Shown here piece after piece: positions 19,654 to 28,938 of a DNA stretch of 64,000 bases; position 1 is the first letter of the stretch; the number at the start of each line of letters is the position of its first letter. Made by a program: the position numbers and the translations under genes. The notes under the pieces are model-generated. The model searched no databases. It saw nothing but the letters and a program-made list of their open reading frames with translations, and had not been told where the DNA came from. Where the stretch lies: the NCBI GenBank assembly GCA_018304465.1, contig JAGVWC010000008.1:1-64000 (forward strand), read 5' to 3'. This stretch comes from Candidatus Iainarchaeum sp. GTDB taxonomy: Archaea > Iainarchaeota > Iainarchaeia > Iainarchaeales > JAGVWC01.

Positions 19654-21081
19654 TCAAAACAGTTTCATCTGGCGATGCGGTTCCGAATCCGATTCAGAAC
19701 TCGTTTTTTTCGATGCTTTGACGGGTTTTTCAGGCTCCGTTTCGTGTGCCGAGCCGGCCTCGGGCTCGAAAAAAAATCCTTTTTTTCGGCGTTGGACCTG
19801 CCACGCCGCGGATAACTCTTGGGATTTTTCGAAGACTTCCTGCACGCCTTTGGACTTGGGTTCCTTGCCCATCAAAAAAGCGATTTCTTCCTCGGACAAA
19901 CCGAATTCCGCGGCCAGGCGCGCCGCTAAGGGTTTGGACTCGAAAAACGCCATCCAATACGGAAGGTCTTGCACGGAAAAAATCCGGCCGGATGAATGGG
20001 TTTTCTTTCCGATCTTTTTTCCAAGCGATTTTTTCATGTTACGCTTGGCGGAAGACGCCGACAAAAGACGCAACAGCCCCGGGAACTTATACATAATGAA
20101 CTCGTGGTTTGGCTCCGAATGACTCAACGCCACGCCGCTCGTCATCAACTCCATGCTGTACTTCATGAAACCAAAATGCTGCCGGCGCATGATTCGGCCG
20201 TTAAACATGTCGGCGCGACTCAGCCGCGAAAACGCTTTTGCGCGATCCGGAACCGACTTGAATTCCAGCGGAATGTTTTCCTCGATCCAACGCATCAAAA
20301 AATCCGGATCGGAGTCGGACGCAAACCGCGCTTTCTGGCAATCCGCCACGGTCTTTGCGCGAAAAATCTTTTGAATCGTCGAAAAAATCCGCTCTTCGCG
20401 TTCGCGCACGCCGATCGATTCCACGTCCTGCATCATGATTTTGCGCGAATCCCAGGCAATCGTCTGCAAATCCAGCACAGCGGAACGAATGTCGCCCGAA
20501 GCATTTTTGGCCAAAAGATTCACGGACTCGACGTCAAAATCCACTTTTTCTTTTTCGCAAATATCCTTTAGAAAACGCGCGACACTCAAATAATTCGGCT
20601 TCTTGAATTCGAGTTTTTTGCAAAAATTCCGGATTTCCGCCATCTGCGGATTTTCGTAAATGTCGTTTGCCGTCAACATGACGGGATTCTTGGCTTCCTT
20701 TAACACCGACAAAACCGCCGACATTCCGCCTTTGTCTTCCCGCTTTTGCAGCACGTCGATCTCGTCAAGCAACACCAGCCGAAAAGAACCCGAAAAAGAC
20801 GCGTTCGCGGACGCCGCTCCGACCACGCGCTCCACCATGTCCTTGGAGCGAAGATCCGACGCGTTGGATTCGAAAAGATGCCATCCGCTTTGACGGCCAA
20901 CAAGCTCCGCCAACGCGGTTTTTCCGACCCCGCTTGGACCAAACAACAACAAGGGTTTTTGGGGACGATTCTTGGACCATTCCAACGCCCAATTTGCGGC
21001 TTCTTTAACCAATTCGCTGTTTCCTACGAATTCTTCGTACGATTTCGGAAAATATTTTTGAGTCCAAAGCTCAGTCGACAT
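19654..21081 (-). CDS. rfcL: replication factor C large subunit
   Basis: MSTELWTQKYFPKSYEEFVGNSELV... with Walker A GPSGVGKT and a basic C-terminal tail typical of RfcL. Confidence 0.85.
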   Translation of the reverse strand: MSTELWTQKYFPKSYEEFVGNSELVKEAANWALEWSKNRPQKPLLLFGPSGVGKTALAELVGRQSGWHLFESNASDLRSKDMVERVVGAASANASFSGSFRLVLLDEIDVLQKREDKGGMSAVLSVLKEAKNPVMLTANDIYENPQMAEIRNFCKKLEFKKPNYLSVARFLKDICEKEKVDFDVESVNLLAKNASGDIRSAVLDLQTIAWDSRKIMMQDVESIGVREREERIFSTIQKIFRAKTVADCQKARFASDSDPDFLMRWIEENIPLEFKSVPDRAKAFSRLSRADMFNGRIMRRQHFGFMKYSMELMTSGVALSHSEPNHEFIMYKFPGLLRLLSASSAKRNMKKSLGKKIGKKTHSSGRIFSVQDLPYWMAFFESKPLAARLAAEFGLSEEEIAFLMGKEPKSKGVQEVFEKSQELSAAWQVQRRKKGFFFEPEAGSAHETEPEKPVKASKKTSSESDSEPHRQMKLF

Positions 21082-21477
21082 GTACACAACCAAACCGAAA
21101 ACCCATTAAAAAAAGACTGTTTCAAACAAACAGTTATCAATCCATTTCCAGAGGTTTTTTCATGCCCGCAAAACCACCTGCCAATTCCAGATGCAGCACC
21201 ATCAAAAAAGCCTACCCGCCCGGAACACCGCTGACAATTTTTGAACCCGTCACGAGCGTTTTGGAAAAACGAATCGACAAAACCGACCGCCGACAAAACC
21301 CCAGGGCCGCGAAAAAGACAAACAAACGGTCCCCGCACCCAAAAAAGAAACCCACATCGCATCGCAATTCGTGAAAAAAAAGAACCCCGCTCCTAAAGGC
21401 ACTTTTTGCCCATAGCGTCCATTAAAATTCCTTTCTTTAGGGAAATAGGTTAGAAACTATCAAACGGAGCGAATACA

Positions 21478-22671
21478 ATGCAAATAGGGATCGTGGGTAA
21501 ACCTTCATCTGGAAAGTCTACAATTTTCTCTGCGATGACACTAGTGGATGTCGCCATCGCCAATTATCCGTTCACCACGATTGAACCCAACAAAGGAATC
21601 GGATTCGTCCGCATTCCCTGCATCGACACCGATTTTAACACCCAATGCAATCCCCGCTCCGGTTACTGTCACAATCACATCCGATTCGTTCCCGTCGAAC
21701 TCATCGACGTCGCCGGCCTTGTTCCGGGTGCCAGCGAAGGCAAAGGACGCGGAAACGCGTTTTTGTCCGATTTGTCCCGCGCCGACGTACTGATCCACGT
21801 AATCGACGCGTCAGGAAGCACGAACGAAAAAGGCGACCCCGTATCCCCCGGAAGCCACGACCCGGTTCAAGACGTCGCGTTTTTGGAAAACGAAATCGGA
21901 CTCTGGTTTTTTGGAATCCTCCAAAAAAACTGGGCCAAAATATCCAAACAACCCTACGAATCCAGACAAAAAATGCTGGAAGGATTTTCCCGCGCACTAT
22001 CCGGTTTATCGCTTTCCGAAGCCCAAATTGAACGCGCCTTGACCAAAACCGGATTAGGAGAAAAAAAACTGAATCTGTGGAGTGACGACGACCAAAAAAC
22101 ATTTTCGTTTACGCTACGCGAAAACGCAAAACCCATCGTGATCGCCGCCAACAAAATCGACATATCAACGGCCGAAAAAAACGTGAAAAGACTCCAGGAA
22201 CAGTTCCCCAAAATCCCCGTCATTCCCTGCTCGGGATTCGCGGAACTCGCACTCAAAAAAGCCGCCAAACAAGGAATCATCGAATACACTCCCGGCGAAA
22301 AATCATTTGCCGTGAAAGGAGAATTAAACGAAAAACAAAAACAACTCCTTGACCTGATCAAAACCAGCGTACTCGAAAAATACGGTTCTACCGGCGTCCA
22401 AAACGTGCTGGAAAAAACCGTGCTTGAAATTTTGGGTTACATCGCGGTATTCCCCGCAGGCGTTCATAAACTCGAAGATAGTAACGGAAAAATTCTTCCG
22501 GATTGCTTTTTGATGCCACCGCACACCACCGCGCTTGCGTTTGCGTACAAGCTGCACACCACGATGGGCGAAGGATTCATCAAAGCCATTGACGTGAAAA
22601 CCAAGCAAATGGTCGGCAAAGAACACGAATTAAAACACCGGGACGCCATCGAAATCGTGTTCAAGGGATAA
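21478..22671 (+). CDS. ychF: Obg-family GTPase YchF/OLA1-like with C-terminal TGS domain
   Basis: MQIGIVGKPSSGKSTIFSAMT...ANYPFTTIEPNKG, then DVAGLV, then a TGS-like C-terminus. 397 aa. Confidence 0.8.
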   Translation: MQIGIVGKPSSGKSTIFSAMTLVDVAIANYPFTTIEPNKGIGFVRIPCIDTDFNTQCNPRSGYCHNHIRFVPVELIDVAGLVPGASEGKGRGNAFLSDLSRADVLIHVIDASGSTNEKGDPVSPGSHDPVQDVAFLENEIGLWFFGILQKNWAKISKQPYESRQKMLEGFSRALSGLSLSEAQIERALTKTGLGEKKLNLWSDDDQKTFSFTLRENAKPIVIAANKIDISTAEKNVKRLQEQFPKIPVIPCSGFAELALKKAAKQGIIEYTPGEKSFAVKGELNEKQKQLLDLIKTSVLEKYGSTGVQNVLEKTVLEILGYIAVFPAGVHKLEDSNGKILPDCFLMPPHTTALAFAYKLHTTMGEGFIKAIDVKTKQMVGKEHELKHRDAIEIVFKG

Positions 22672-22682
22672 CGCAAACGATT

Positions 22683-24116
22683 TTAGTCCGAAAAAGTCAG
22701 TCTGCCGTTGTTTTTTTGAAATACCCAAGCGGTAGCGATATTGATAAGAACAATGAATAATGCGCTGGCAACAATCAGGCTTGTATTGCCAATGATGTTG
22801 GCAAACACGAATGCCGGCAATCCGAATACGAATGCCAAAACAACCCCGTACCAGACGCCTTTTGCAGACAGCTTGTCCCAGTATAGGCTCAGGATGGTCG
22901 GGATCACCAGCGCAGCCGCAACCGCGTTGAAAATCCACCATAACTGCTTCAGGCCGAAATCAGGGACATGCGCGGTCAGCAACGCGACTGCAAGACCGGC
23001 AAAAGTAATGATGAGCATACCTGTTTTAGGCGCGGACAAATCCCTTGAATCAGTATATTTTTTTACGTCGACCGCATAAAGCGATGAAAACGCGCAGAGT
23101 CCCGAATCCATGGTCGATGCAAGTCCGGCCAATAACATTACGAAAAAAACGCAGACCAGAATTCCGGGCAAAAGATGCGCCACTGTCAAGACGCCGATCA
23201 GGGACGGATCAGTGCCAGCAGGAACTGTCAGCCCCAAACCCGCGCCCATAAATCCAAGCAAACCCAGTGAAACAGGGACAATGCCGAACAAAACAGCCCC
23301 CGCCAAAAATCCGCGCCGAATCGCTTTTTTTTCGAACGCAAAAGTACGCTGCCAGTATTGCTGATCTGCAAGGATCCCCGAAATCAGCCCAATGGAAGTT
23401 ACGATCCCGAAAGAAAAAGCAACAACCGGATCGAAAAGGTTCAGGTGGTCACCACTGATTCCACCAAGTCCGGATAAGACCCCCTGGATTCCGCCGGACG
23501 CATTAAGCGCAGCCGGAACAACCAGCAAGATTCCAACGAAAATCATGGCCAGTTGAACAAAGTCTGTCACGATCGAAGATTTCAAACCCGAGAGCCAGGA
23601 ATAGGCAAGGACTATCCCGGAGATCAGGATCATCGAAATCTCAACCGGAATTCCTGTTAGTACGAATGTAAGGCTTGCGCCTGCAAAAATCTGTACCGCG
23701 ACCGACATGAGTTGGTAAAAACCGTAACCCAAGAAATAAATCTTGTGAACTCTTGCGTTTCCCAGCTTGAACCCGATGTATTCGGGCAGCGTGGTGCCGT
23801 GTGGAAATTTTTCCCGGATTTTTGGACCTAAAAAATAAAAAATCGCGACCGCAATCATGTTCGGAAAAACGAACCAAAAAAGACCGGGCAGTCCAAGCTC
23901 ATAGGCCATCTGGCTAGAAATAAAAAGCGCAGGCGCCCAGATCCAAGACGCCGCGATGCTTGGCGCGCCAAGCCACCAGGAAACGTTTCGACCGGCAAGT
24001 AAAAAGTCATCGTTGGATAGGTCCGTGTGTTTTGTGAAAAACCATATGATCAAAATCATTGCGATGCCAAAACCAGCAAGAAGCCCATATCCTTCCGTTG
24101 TCCCGATAAAACTCAT
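22683..24116 (-). CDS. sodium:solute symporter (SSS family) transporter
   Basis: LLAGRNVSWWLG signature near the N-terminus and about 13 TM helices. Confidence 0.8.
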   Translation of the reverse strand: MSFIGTTEGYGLLAGFGIAMILIIWFFTKHTDLSNDDFLLAGRNVSWWLGAPSIAASWIWAPALFISSQMAYELGLPGLFWFVFPNMIAVAIFYFLGPKIREKFPHGTTLPEYIGFKLGNARVHKIYFLGYGFYQLMSVAVQIFAGASLTFVLTGIPVEISMILISGIVLAYSWLSGLKSSIVTDFVQLAMIFVGILLVVPAALNASGGIQGVLSGLGGISGDHLNLFDPVVAFSFGIVTSIGLISGILADQQYWQRTFAFEKKAIRRGFLAGAVLFGIVPVSLGLLGFMGAGLGLTVPAGTDPSLIGVLTVAHLLPGILVCVFFVMLLAGLASTMDSGLCAFSSLYAVDVKKYTDSRDLSAPKTGMLIITFAGLAVALLTAHVPDFGLKQLWWIFNAVAAALVIPTILSLYWDKLSAKGVWYGVVLAFVFGLPAFVFANIIGNTSLIVASALFIVLINIATAWVFQKNNGRLTFSD

Positions 24117-24292
24117 TTTTCCACCAATAAATCTGGCAAAGCCAATACAAACAAAAAAAAACCCTCAAAAATTGGCTTAACGATGTAACGGGAAAAATTA
24201 CGTGCCCGCTATATGTATTGGGCCGACCCGCTTATTCAAGATTTGTGGTGATGAATACCACCATTTAAAAACAGGTTTTTCCTCAATTCATC

Positions 24293-25051
24293 ATGCCCAA
24301 CTCGGCTTTGCAAGAAATCGGTTTGTCACCAAACGAAGCCAAAATATACGAAACGCTTCTCCGCATTGGCCGTGCGTCAATCAATTCGCTTTCGGTTGAA
24401 GCGAATGTTCATCGCCGAAATGTTTACGACAGCGTTTCAAAGCTCGTCAATAAAGGCCTGGCCGCGGAAGAGTACGTCGCAGGAACCCGCTTTGTCAAAC
24501 CGATTCATCCCTCCCGGCTGCTGGATATCGTGCGGGAAAAGGAAGCGCGAATAAATGCGATTCTCCCGGAGCTAAAAAAAGATTTTGAGAAAAAAATCGT
24601 GAGCGAACAAGCTGTGGTGTACCGCGGAATCGAAGGATTCAAATCGTATCTTTCAGATATCCTGGCCGTTAACGAGCAGGTCTATTTCATCGGTGCAAAA
24701 GCGTTCTGGCTAGACGCTCGACTGCGATTCATGCTCCCCAAATTCGACCGTCAACGCATATCGCAGGGAATTCATTTTCGGCATATCTACGATCACGAAG
24801 TGAAATCGCTTCAGCCGGATATTCTGAAACTCAGACTCAACGAGTACAAGTTTTTCCCGCCGGAATACTCTTCCACGATGGCAATAGATATCTTCGGGGA
24901 CCATGTCGTCACGTTTTATGGCGTGAAACCAGGACAATTACCGGAAGAACCGGTACAGTTCACAGTCATCAGCCGTCAAATCGCGGACGGATACCGTAAG
25001 TACTTCGATTGCATGTGGAAAAACCTCGGAAACGCAAGAAAGAAAAACTGA
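24293..25051 (+). CDS. TrmB-family sugar-responsive transcriptional regulator
   Basis: N-terminal wHTH (LSPNEAKIYETLLRIGRASINSLSVEANVHRRNVYDSVSKLVNKGL) plus a TrmB-type C-terminal sensor-like domain. Divergent from the SSS transporter. Confidence 0.7.
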   Translation: MPNSALQEIGLSPNEAKIYETLLRIGRASINSLSVEANVHRRNVYDSVSKLVNKGLAAEEYVAGTRFVKPIHPSRLLDIVREKEARINAILPELKKDFEKKIVSEQAVVYRGIEGFKSYLSDILAVNEQVYFIGAKAFWLDARLRFMLPKFDRQRISQGIHFRHIYDHEVKSLQPDILKLRLNEYKFFPPEYSSTMAIDIFGDHVVTFYGVKPGQLPEEPVQFTVISRQIADGYRKYFDCMWKNLGNARKKN

Positions 25052-25072
25052 AGACACTACTTGTTACGTGAC

Positions 25073-25103
25073 AGCGGATATGACTCCGCTTTTTTGTTTT
25101 TTT
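25073..25103 (+). terminator. hairpin plus T-tract terminator after the TrmB gene
   Basis: agcgga-tatgac-tccgct stem-loop followed by ttttttgttttttt. Confidence 0.4.
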
Positions 25104-25191
25104 CCGAATGCTTTATTGCTGGACTGTTCGAAGACAGGTTTTTCCAAGTGCTGGCTGACTAGCACCATAATTTAGACTAAAACCAGTCGGG

Positions 25192-25905
25192 TTATCGAAT
25201 TCTTCGGCGAGTTTTTTTCGCCACCCACTTGCGCTGCGGGATTGGCACAGAACCTTGGATACCCGCTTTTTTTCGCATCGCTTGAAGATTACGCCATAGC
25301 CTATCGGCTTCCGCCTGAGTAGGCGCAGTTTCGATTTCTCGCCTGAGTGCTGCAAGGTCTTGTTGGAATGTTCGCGGTCGCCAGCCTCGGCGAATCCGAT
25401 CTAAGAGAAAAATGTCTTCGGGATTTGCATGAATTAATTGAACGAGTTCTTTTCGTCCACTCGCAGTCGTATGCATTACTACCCACAAATATTGTTCCAA
25501 GTTTATTTTTTCTCGAATTGGCTTTTTCCATGGATTCTTTTTTAGTTTATCAACGTACGCTGTAAACTCTTCAAAATATCCTTTGCTAATAAAGTCAATA
25601 CCCGAAAATGGCTTGTCTGGCTTGTCTATTCCCGTATGAACCGCCAAGTGTGTTCTTGGAAAACGAGCTTCGCATAATTTCAAGAACTCAATGGGAGTCG
25701 GAACACCGCGCCCTTTTTCATTCTCAACACTGACATCAGTAATAATCGCGTTGAACGGTTTTCCCTCAATCGCTTTAAGCGCCTTGCTCACAGAACCGAC
25801 CGCAACAACATCAAAACCCCACATCTTCAAGAGGGAAGAACATGCGTTCCGTTGCCCTTCCGCATCCTCAATCATCAAAATTCTTGGTTTAGGTTCTTTT
25901 GGCAT
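25192..25905 (-). CDS. orphan response-regulator receiver protein (CheY-like REC) with an uncharacterised C-terminal domain
   Basis: MPKEPKPRILMIEDAEG...IITDVS...VHTG...ISKG matches the acidic pocket, phospho-Asp, Thr and Lys positions of REC domains. The C-terminal ~110 aa are unassigned. No kinase lies nearby. Confidence 0.6.
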   Translation of the reverse strand: MPKEPKPRILMIEDAEGQRNACSSLLKMWGFDVVAVGSVSKALKAIEGKPFNAIITDVSVENEKGRGVPTPIEFLKLCEARFPRTHLAVHTGIDKPDKPFSGIDFISKGYFEEFTAYVDKLKKNPWKKPIREKINLEQYLWVVMHTTASGRKELVQLIHANPEDIFLLDRIRRGWRPRTFQQDLAALRREIETAPTQAEADRLWRNLQAMRKKAGIQGSVPIPQRKWVAKKTRRRIR

Positions 25906-25953
25906 GTAAACAACAGGTGCAGGTGATTTAATGGATTTTCGGTTAAGCCTCCT

Positions 25954-26358
25954 GTGGTCCCCAACGCCAAAGGACTGCGTCCGGGCAAAAACACGCGCGT
26001 ATACGCGCAAGTCATTGATCCTTCGAAACTCATGGCCCGATCATCCGTCGTGATTTGCGGAGGCGGTCACTCCACGATCATGGACGCGATCAGCATGGGA
26101 AAACCCATCATCAGCGTTCCCGACATGTTTCATTTCGAACAAGAATCCAACGCCAACCAATTGCAGGCATTGGGATTTGGAACCCGCATCGATTACAACA
26201 CCTCCGAACCCATTATCGAAGAACTGATTTTGGATCATTCGACCAACAGGGCAATTCACAAACGAATGGAAACCATGGCAAAATTGGCCAAAGAAATCGA
26301 CGGAGGAAAAAGAATGGTCGAACTGGCGAGTGAATTAAAACCGAAAAAAAAGAAATGA
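25954..26358 (+). pseudogene. C-terminal fragment of a GT-B glycosyltransferase (MurG/GT28/MGT-like); the N-terminal domain is missing
   Basis: SSVVICGGGHSTIMDAISMGKPIISVP...EQESNANQLQALGFG is the C-terminal nucleotide-sugar-binding half of GT-B enzymes. The region upstream is occupied by the opposite-strand REC gene. Confidence 0.55.
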
Positions 26359-26368
26359 AAAAAAAGAA

Positions 26369-28012
26369 TTACGGCGATGTTTTTTGCTCGGATGCTTTTT
26401 CGGGCAACGCCGGAGGATTCGATCTTTCCAGTTGCGCCTGAGCACGGGTCAATAATTCTTCTTTCGAATTCATCTTATCGAGCACGTAAAAATACGCGTT
26501 CATGACCTCGTCCAGATCGGTTCTGCGTTTCGTGCGATGCGACGCGATTTCCTTGAAATACAAGTGCACGATTTGGTGGCTTGCTTCCTCGTTCGAAAGC
26601 GCGTTCACGGCCGAAACACCCATTCGCTGCACGACCTGGGCCAACGCATAAAAGTACGCGTTCACCACGTCGTCAAGCGAGAGACCGCGTTTGAATCCGA
26701 CGTGCGAAATTTCTCCGAAAAACGTTTCGAGTACGAGATGCGCGACGCGTTCCGGCGGAACTTCCCCGGACGAGCGAACCGACGGCGGAACCCGCATGGC
26801 TTTTTGCAATGCGCGGGACTTTTCCTCAAACGACTGATGAGCCAATGCCAAATCGCCTTTTAATTTGACGATTTCGCGCTCCAATTCCTGGCGCAAACGC
26901 GTGCTTTCTTCGGCCGCGCGCTGTTGTTCGGCCAGCAACTCGAGTTCGCGTTTTTGGCGTTCCGACGTCAAATCCGACTCATGCCTTTGCTGTAAAGACT
27001 CGACCATGGAATGGTGCTCCAAGCGCTGTTTTTCGGTTTCAAACCGCAAGCGCTGCAAAGCCCCTTCTTTTTCCACGACTTGTTTTTCAAGCTCCGGATC
27101 CCGGACCTTAACCTGTTCCACTTTGGTTTTGTATTGAATAACCGGTTTGGTTTTCACGATTCGTTTCACGCGCGTAACGATCTTGGGTTTGGACGGTACG
27201 CGTTTCACAATGGTTTTGGTAACGGTTCGCGTCTTGGTCGGAAGCTTTCCTTTTTCCACCTGTTTAACCTGTTTCCACAACCGAACGGCCTGCGGAAACG
27301 TTTTTCCATCGTTTAATTGCCGACGCATGAACAAGTTGTACTCGTTAAGCTGTTTTTTCGGGGTTTTTTTCTTTGAAAGCGAGTCCAGTTCTTTTTGAAG
27401 CCGGGTCAAATGCGCTTGCTGTTTTTTGTCCGCAACCTTGACGGTTTTCACCACGGTCTTGGTCCGGGTTTTAACGAGGAGTTTTCCTCCTTCGACTTTT
27501 CGCAATCGCTTCCAGAGATTGACCGCCTGATTGAAGGTTTTTCCTTCGTTTAGTTGACGGCGCATAAAAAGATTGTATTCGTTCAATTGTTTTTTCGGGG
27601 TCTTGGTTTTTCGCTGGCTTGCAAGGCTTTCTTTTAGTTTTTGCAAATCCGCGTTAATCTTGGTGGTTTTGGCTGCGACTTTCGCGACTTTGTCAGCGGT
27701 CGCGGTGGTCGCCTTTGAAACTTTGGTGACGCGCTTGGACGTCGCTTGGGTTTTCTTGGAAACATTCGAGACACGCTTTGCGGTCGAATCGGTTTTTTTC
27801 GCTTCTTGTTTCACTTCTTTTCGAAGCGCCTTGACTTGTTTTCGAATGCGTTTGGTTGGCGTCACTTTTTTGACGGTTCGCGCGACTTGCGCGGTTGAAA
27901 CCTTCACCGGTCGTTTGGACACGGCTTTAGACACCGGTTTTTTTGCGACCGGTTTTGAAACGGTTTTTTTTGCTGATTTTTTTCCTTTTGAATTCTTTGC
28001 AGCCACCTGCAA
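26369..28012 (-). CDS. lysine-rich putative DNA/chromatin-binding protein: H1-like basic tail, two tandem HMG-box-like half motifs, coiled coil, two C-terminal NAYFY repeats
   Basis: N-terminus is KK(P)V(A/S)K-type repeats. TPKKQLNEYNLFMRRQLNEGKTFNQAVNLWKRL is duplicated as TPKKQLNEYNLFMRRQLNDGKTFPQAVRLWKQV. A central coiled coil runs EKQRLEHH...ELEREIVKLKGDL. The C-terminal repeats are LDDVVNAYFYALAQVV and LDEVMNAYFYVLDKM. Confidence 0.6.
   Translation of the reverse strand: MQVAAKNSKGKKSAKKTVSKPVAKKPVSKAVSKRPVKVSTAQVARTVKKVTPTKRIRKQVKALRKEVKQEAKKTDSTAKRVSNVSKKTQATSKRVTKVSKATTATADKVAKVAAKTTKINADLQKLKESLASQRKTKTPKKQLNEYNLFMRRQLNEGKTFNQAVNLWKRLRKVEGGKLLVKTRTKTVVKTVKVADKKQQAHLTRLQKELDSLSKKKTPKKQLNEYNLFMRRQLNDGKTFPQAVRLWKQVKQVEKGKLPTKTRTVTKTIVKRVPSKPKIVTRVKRIVKTKPVIQYKTKVEQVKVRDPELEKQVVEKEGALQRLRFETEKQRLEHHSMVESLQQRHESDLTSERQKRELELLAEQQRAAEESTRLRQELEREIVKLKGDLALAHQSFEEKSRALQKAMRVPPSVRSSGEVPPERVAHLVLETFFGEISHVGFKRGLSLDDVVNAYFYALAQVVQRMGVSAVNALSNEEASHQIVHLYFKEIASHRTKRRTDLDEVMNAYFYVLDKMNSKEELLTRAQAQLERSNPPALPEKASEQKTSP
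27266..27601 (-). repeat. internal tandem duplication (2 x ~33-70 aa unit) within the lysine-rich protein gene
   Basis: Protein residues 138-170 and 217-249 are about 85% identical. The DNA copies are about 75% identical, so the duplication is not recent. Confidence 0.6.
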
Positions 28013-28098
28013 ACCCCCATTAACTTAGTATAATTAACCAATTATATTTCAGTAGGGGGAGCTTAAAAAACTATTGGATAGCCCATACCCCCGTTTGT

Positions 28099-28926
28099 CT
28101 ACTCAATCCGCTGAACAATTAAAACCCAGTTCGGAGCCAAGTCAACCACACGCCGGTGAGACGAGACCGGAAAAAAACGAGCCTTAAACCCTTGTTTTTC
28201 AAAGGCACGCTCAATTCCCTTCATTTCTTGTTCCACGGACAACGTGCGGTTTCGAACGGGCTGCTCCGATAACCCGCCCGAAATAGTTGCCAGTCGAGTC
28301 TCCGAACGCGAAGAAAAATGAAACCCCATCAATAACAATCCATTCCGATTCAACGAATAGACAAATTTTAGAATCACGTTTTTTCTCAAGGCCCTCAGCG
28401 TGTACGACGTGGAACCAAAAACCGAAATCACGGCGTCCACCCGTTCTTTTGGCAGAAAAAATTCCGCTTTCGAAGAAATTACGTCGTCAATTTCTCTTTC
28501 TCGCTTCAATTCACGCAAAGAATCCAAATGATGCGCCGCCAAACCAATCACGTGGGATTTGATGCCCTGTTTGGTCAAGGCTTTTTTCAAATCAGAAAGC
28601 GCAAACCCTTCACCAGGACCATCCTCAAGCACTCGAAAAGGACGATGCAAAGAAGCGATTTTTGAAAAAGCCGCCGCAATATCAAGTGATCTTCGCGCAT
28701 AAAAAAAACGTTTTAACGCATTCCCGAAAAAAAGATTATACTCCGACAATCCGCGAGAAGCTTCCCAACCGCGATGAGGGTATTCTCGCGCAAAAAGTTC
28801 CATGCGCTTAAATCGCCGCTCCAATCCTTTGCGCAACAAAGGACGACGACGCAACGCGGATTTAATCCGCCGGACATACGTTTGCGCACCGCGGACCGGT
28901 TTTGGAATGGCACGTCTTTTCAGCAT
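28099..28926 (-). CDS. Arg-rich N-terminus plus possible Rossmann-fold SAM methyltransferase-like domain
   Basis: N-terminal MLKRRAIPKPVRGAQTYVRRIKSALRRRPLLRKGLERRFKR. FRVLEDGPGEGFAL resembles MTase motif I and DAVISVFG resembles motif IV. The fold call is weak. Confidence 0.35.
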   Translation of the reverse strand: MLKRRAIPKPVRGAQTYVRRIKSALRRRPLLRKGLERRFKRMELFAREYPHRGWEASRGLSEYNLFFGNALKRFFYARRSLDIAAAFSKIASLHRPFRVLEDGPGEGFALSDLKKALTKQGIKSHVIGLAAHHLDSLRELKREREIDDVISSKAEFFLPKERVDAVISVFGSTSYTLRALRKNVILKFVYSLNRNGLLLMGFHFSSRSETRLATISGGLSEQPVRNRTLSVEQEMKGIERAFEKQGFKARFFPVSSHRRVVDLAPNWVLIVQRIE

Positions 28927-28938
28927 TTTACAAACGCC

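Noticed and set aside
28099-28926. Shared EYNLF pentapeptide between the MTase-like protein and the lysine-rich protein as evidence of homology
   Set aside because: It is only a 5-residue match with no extended similarity around it. I treat it as possibly coincidental and did not use it for annotation.
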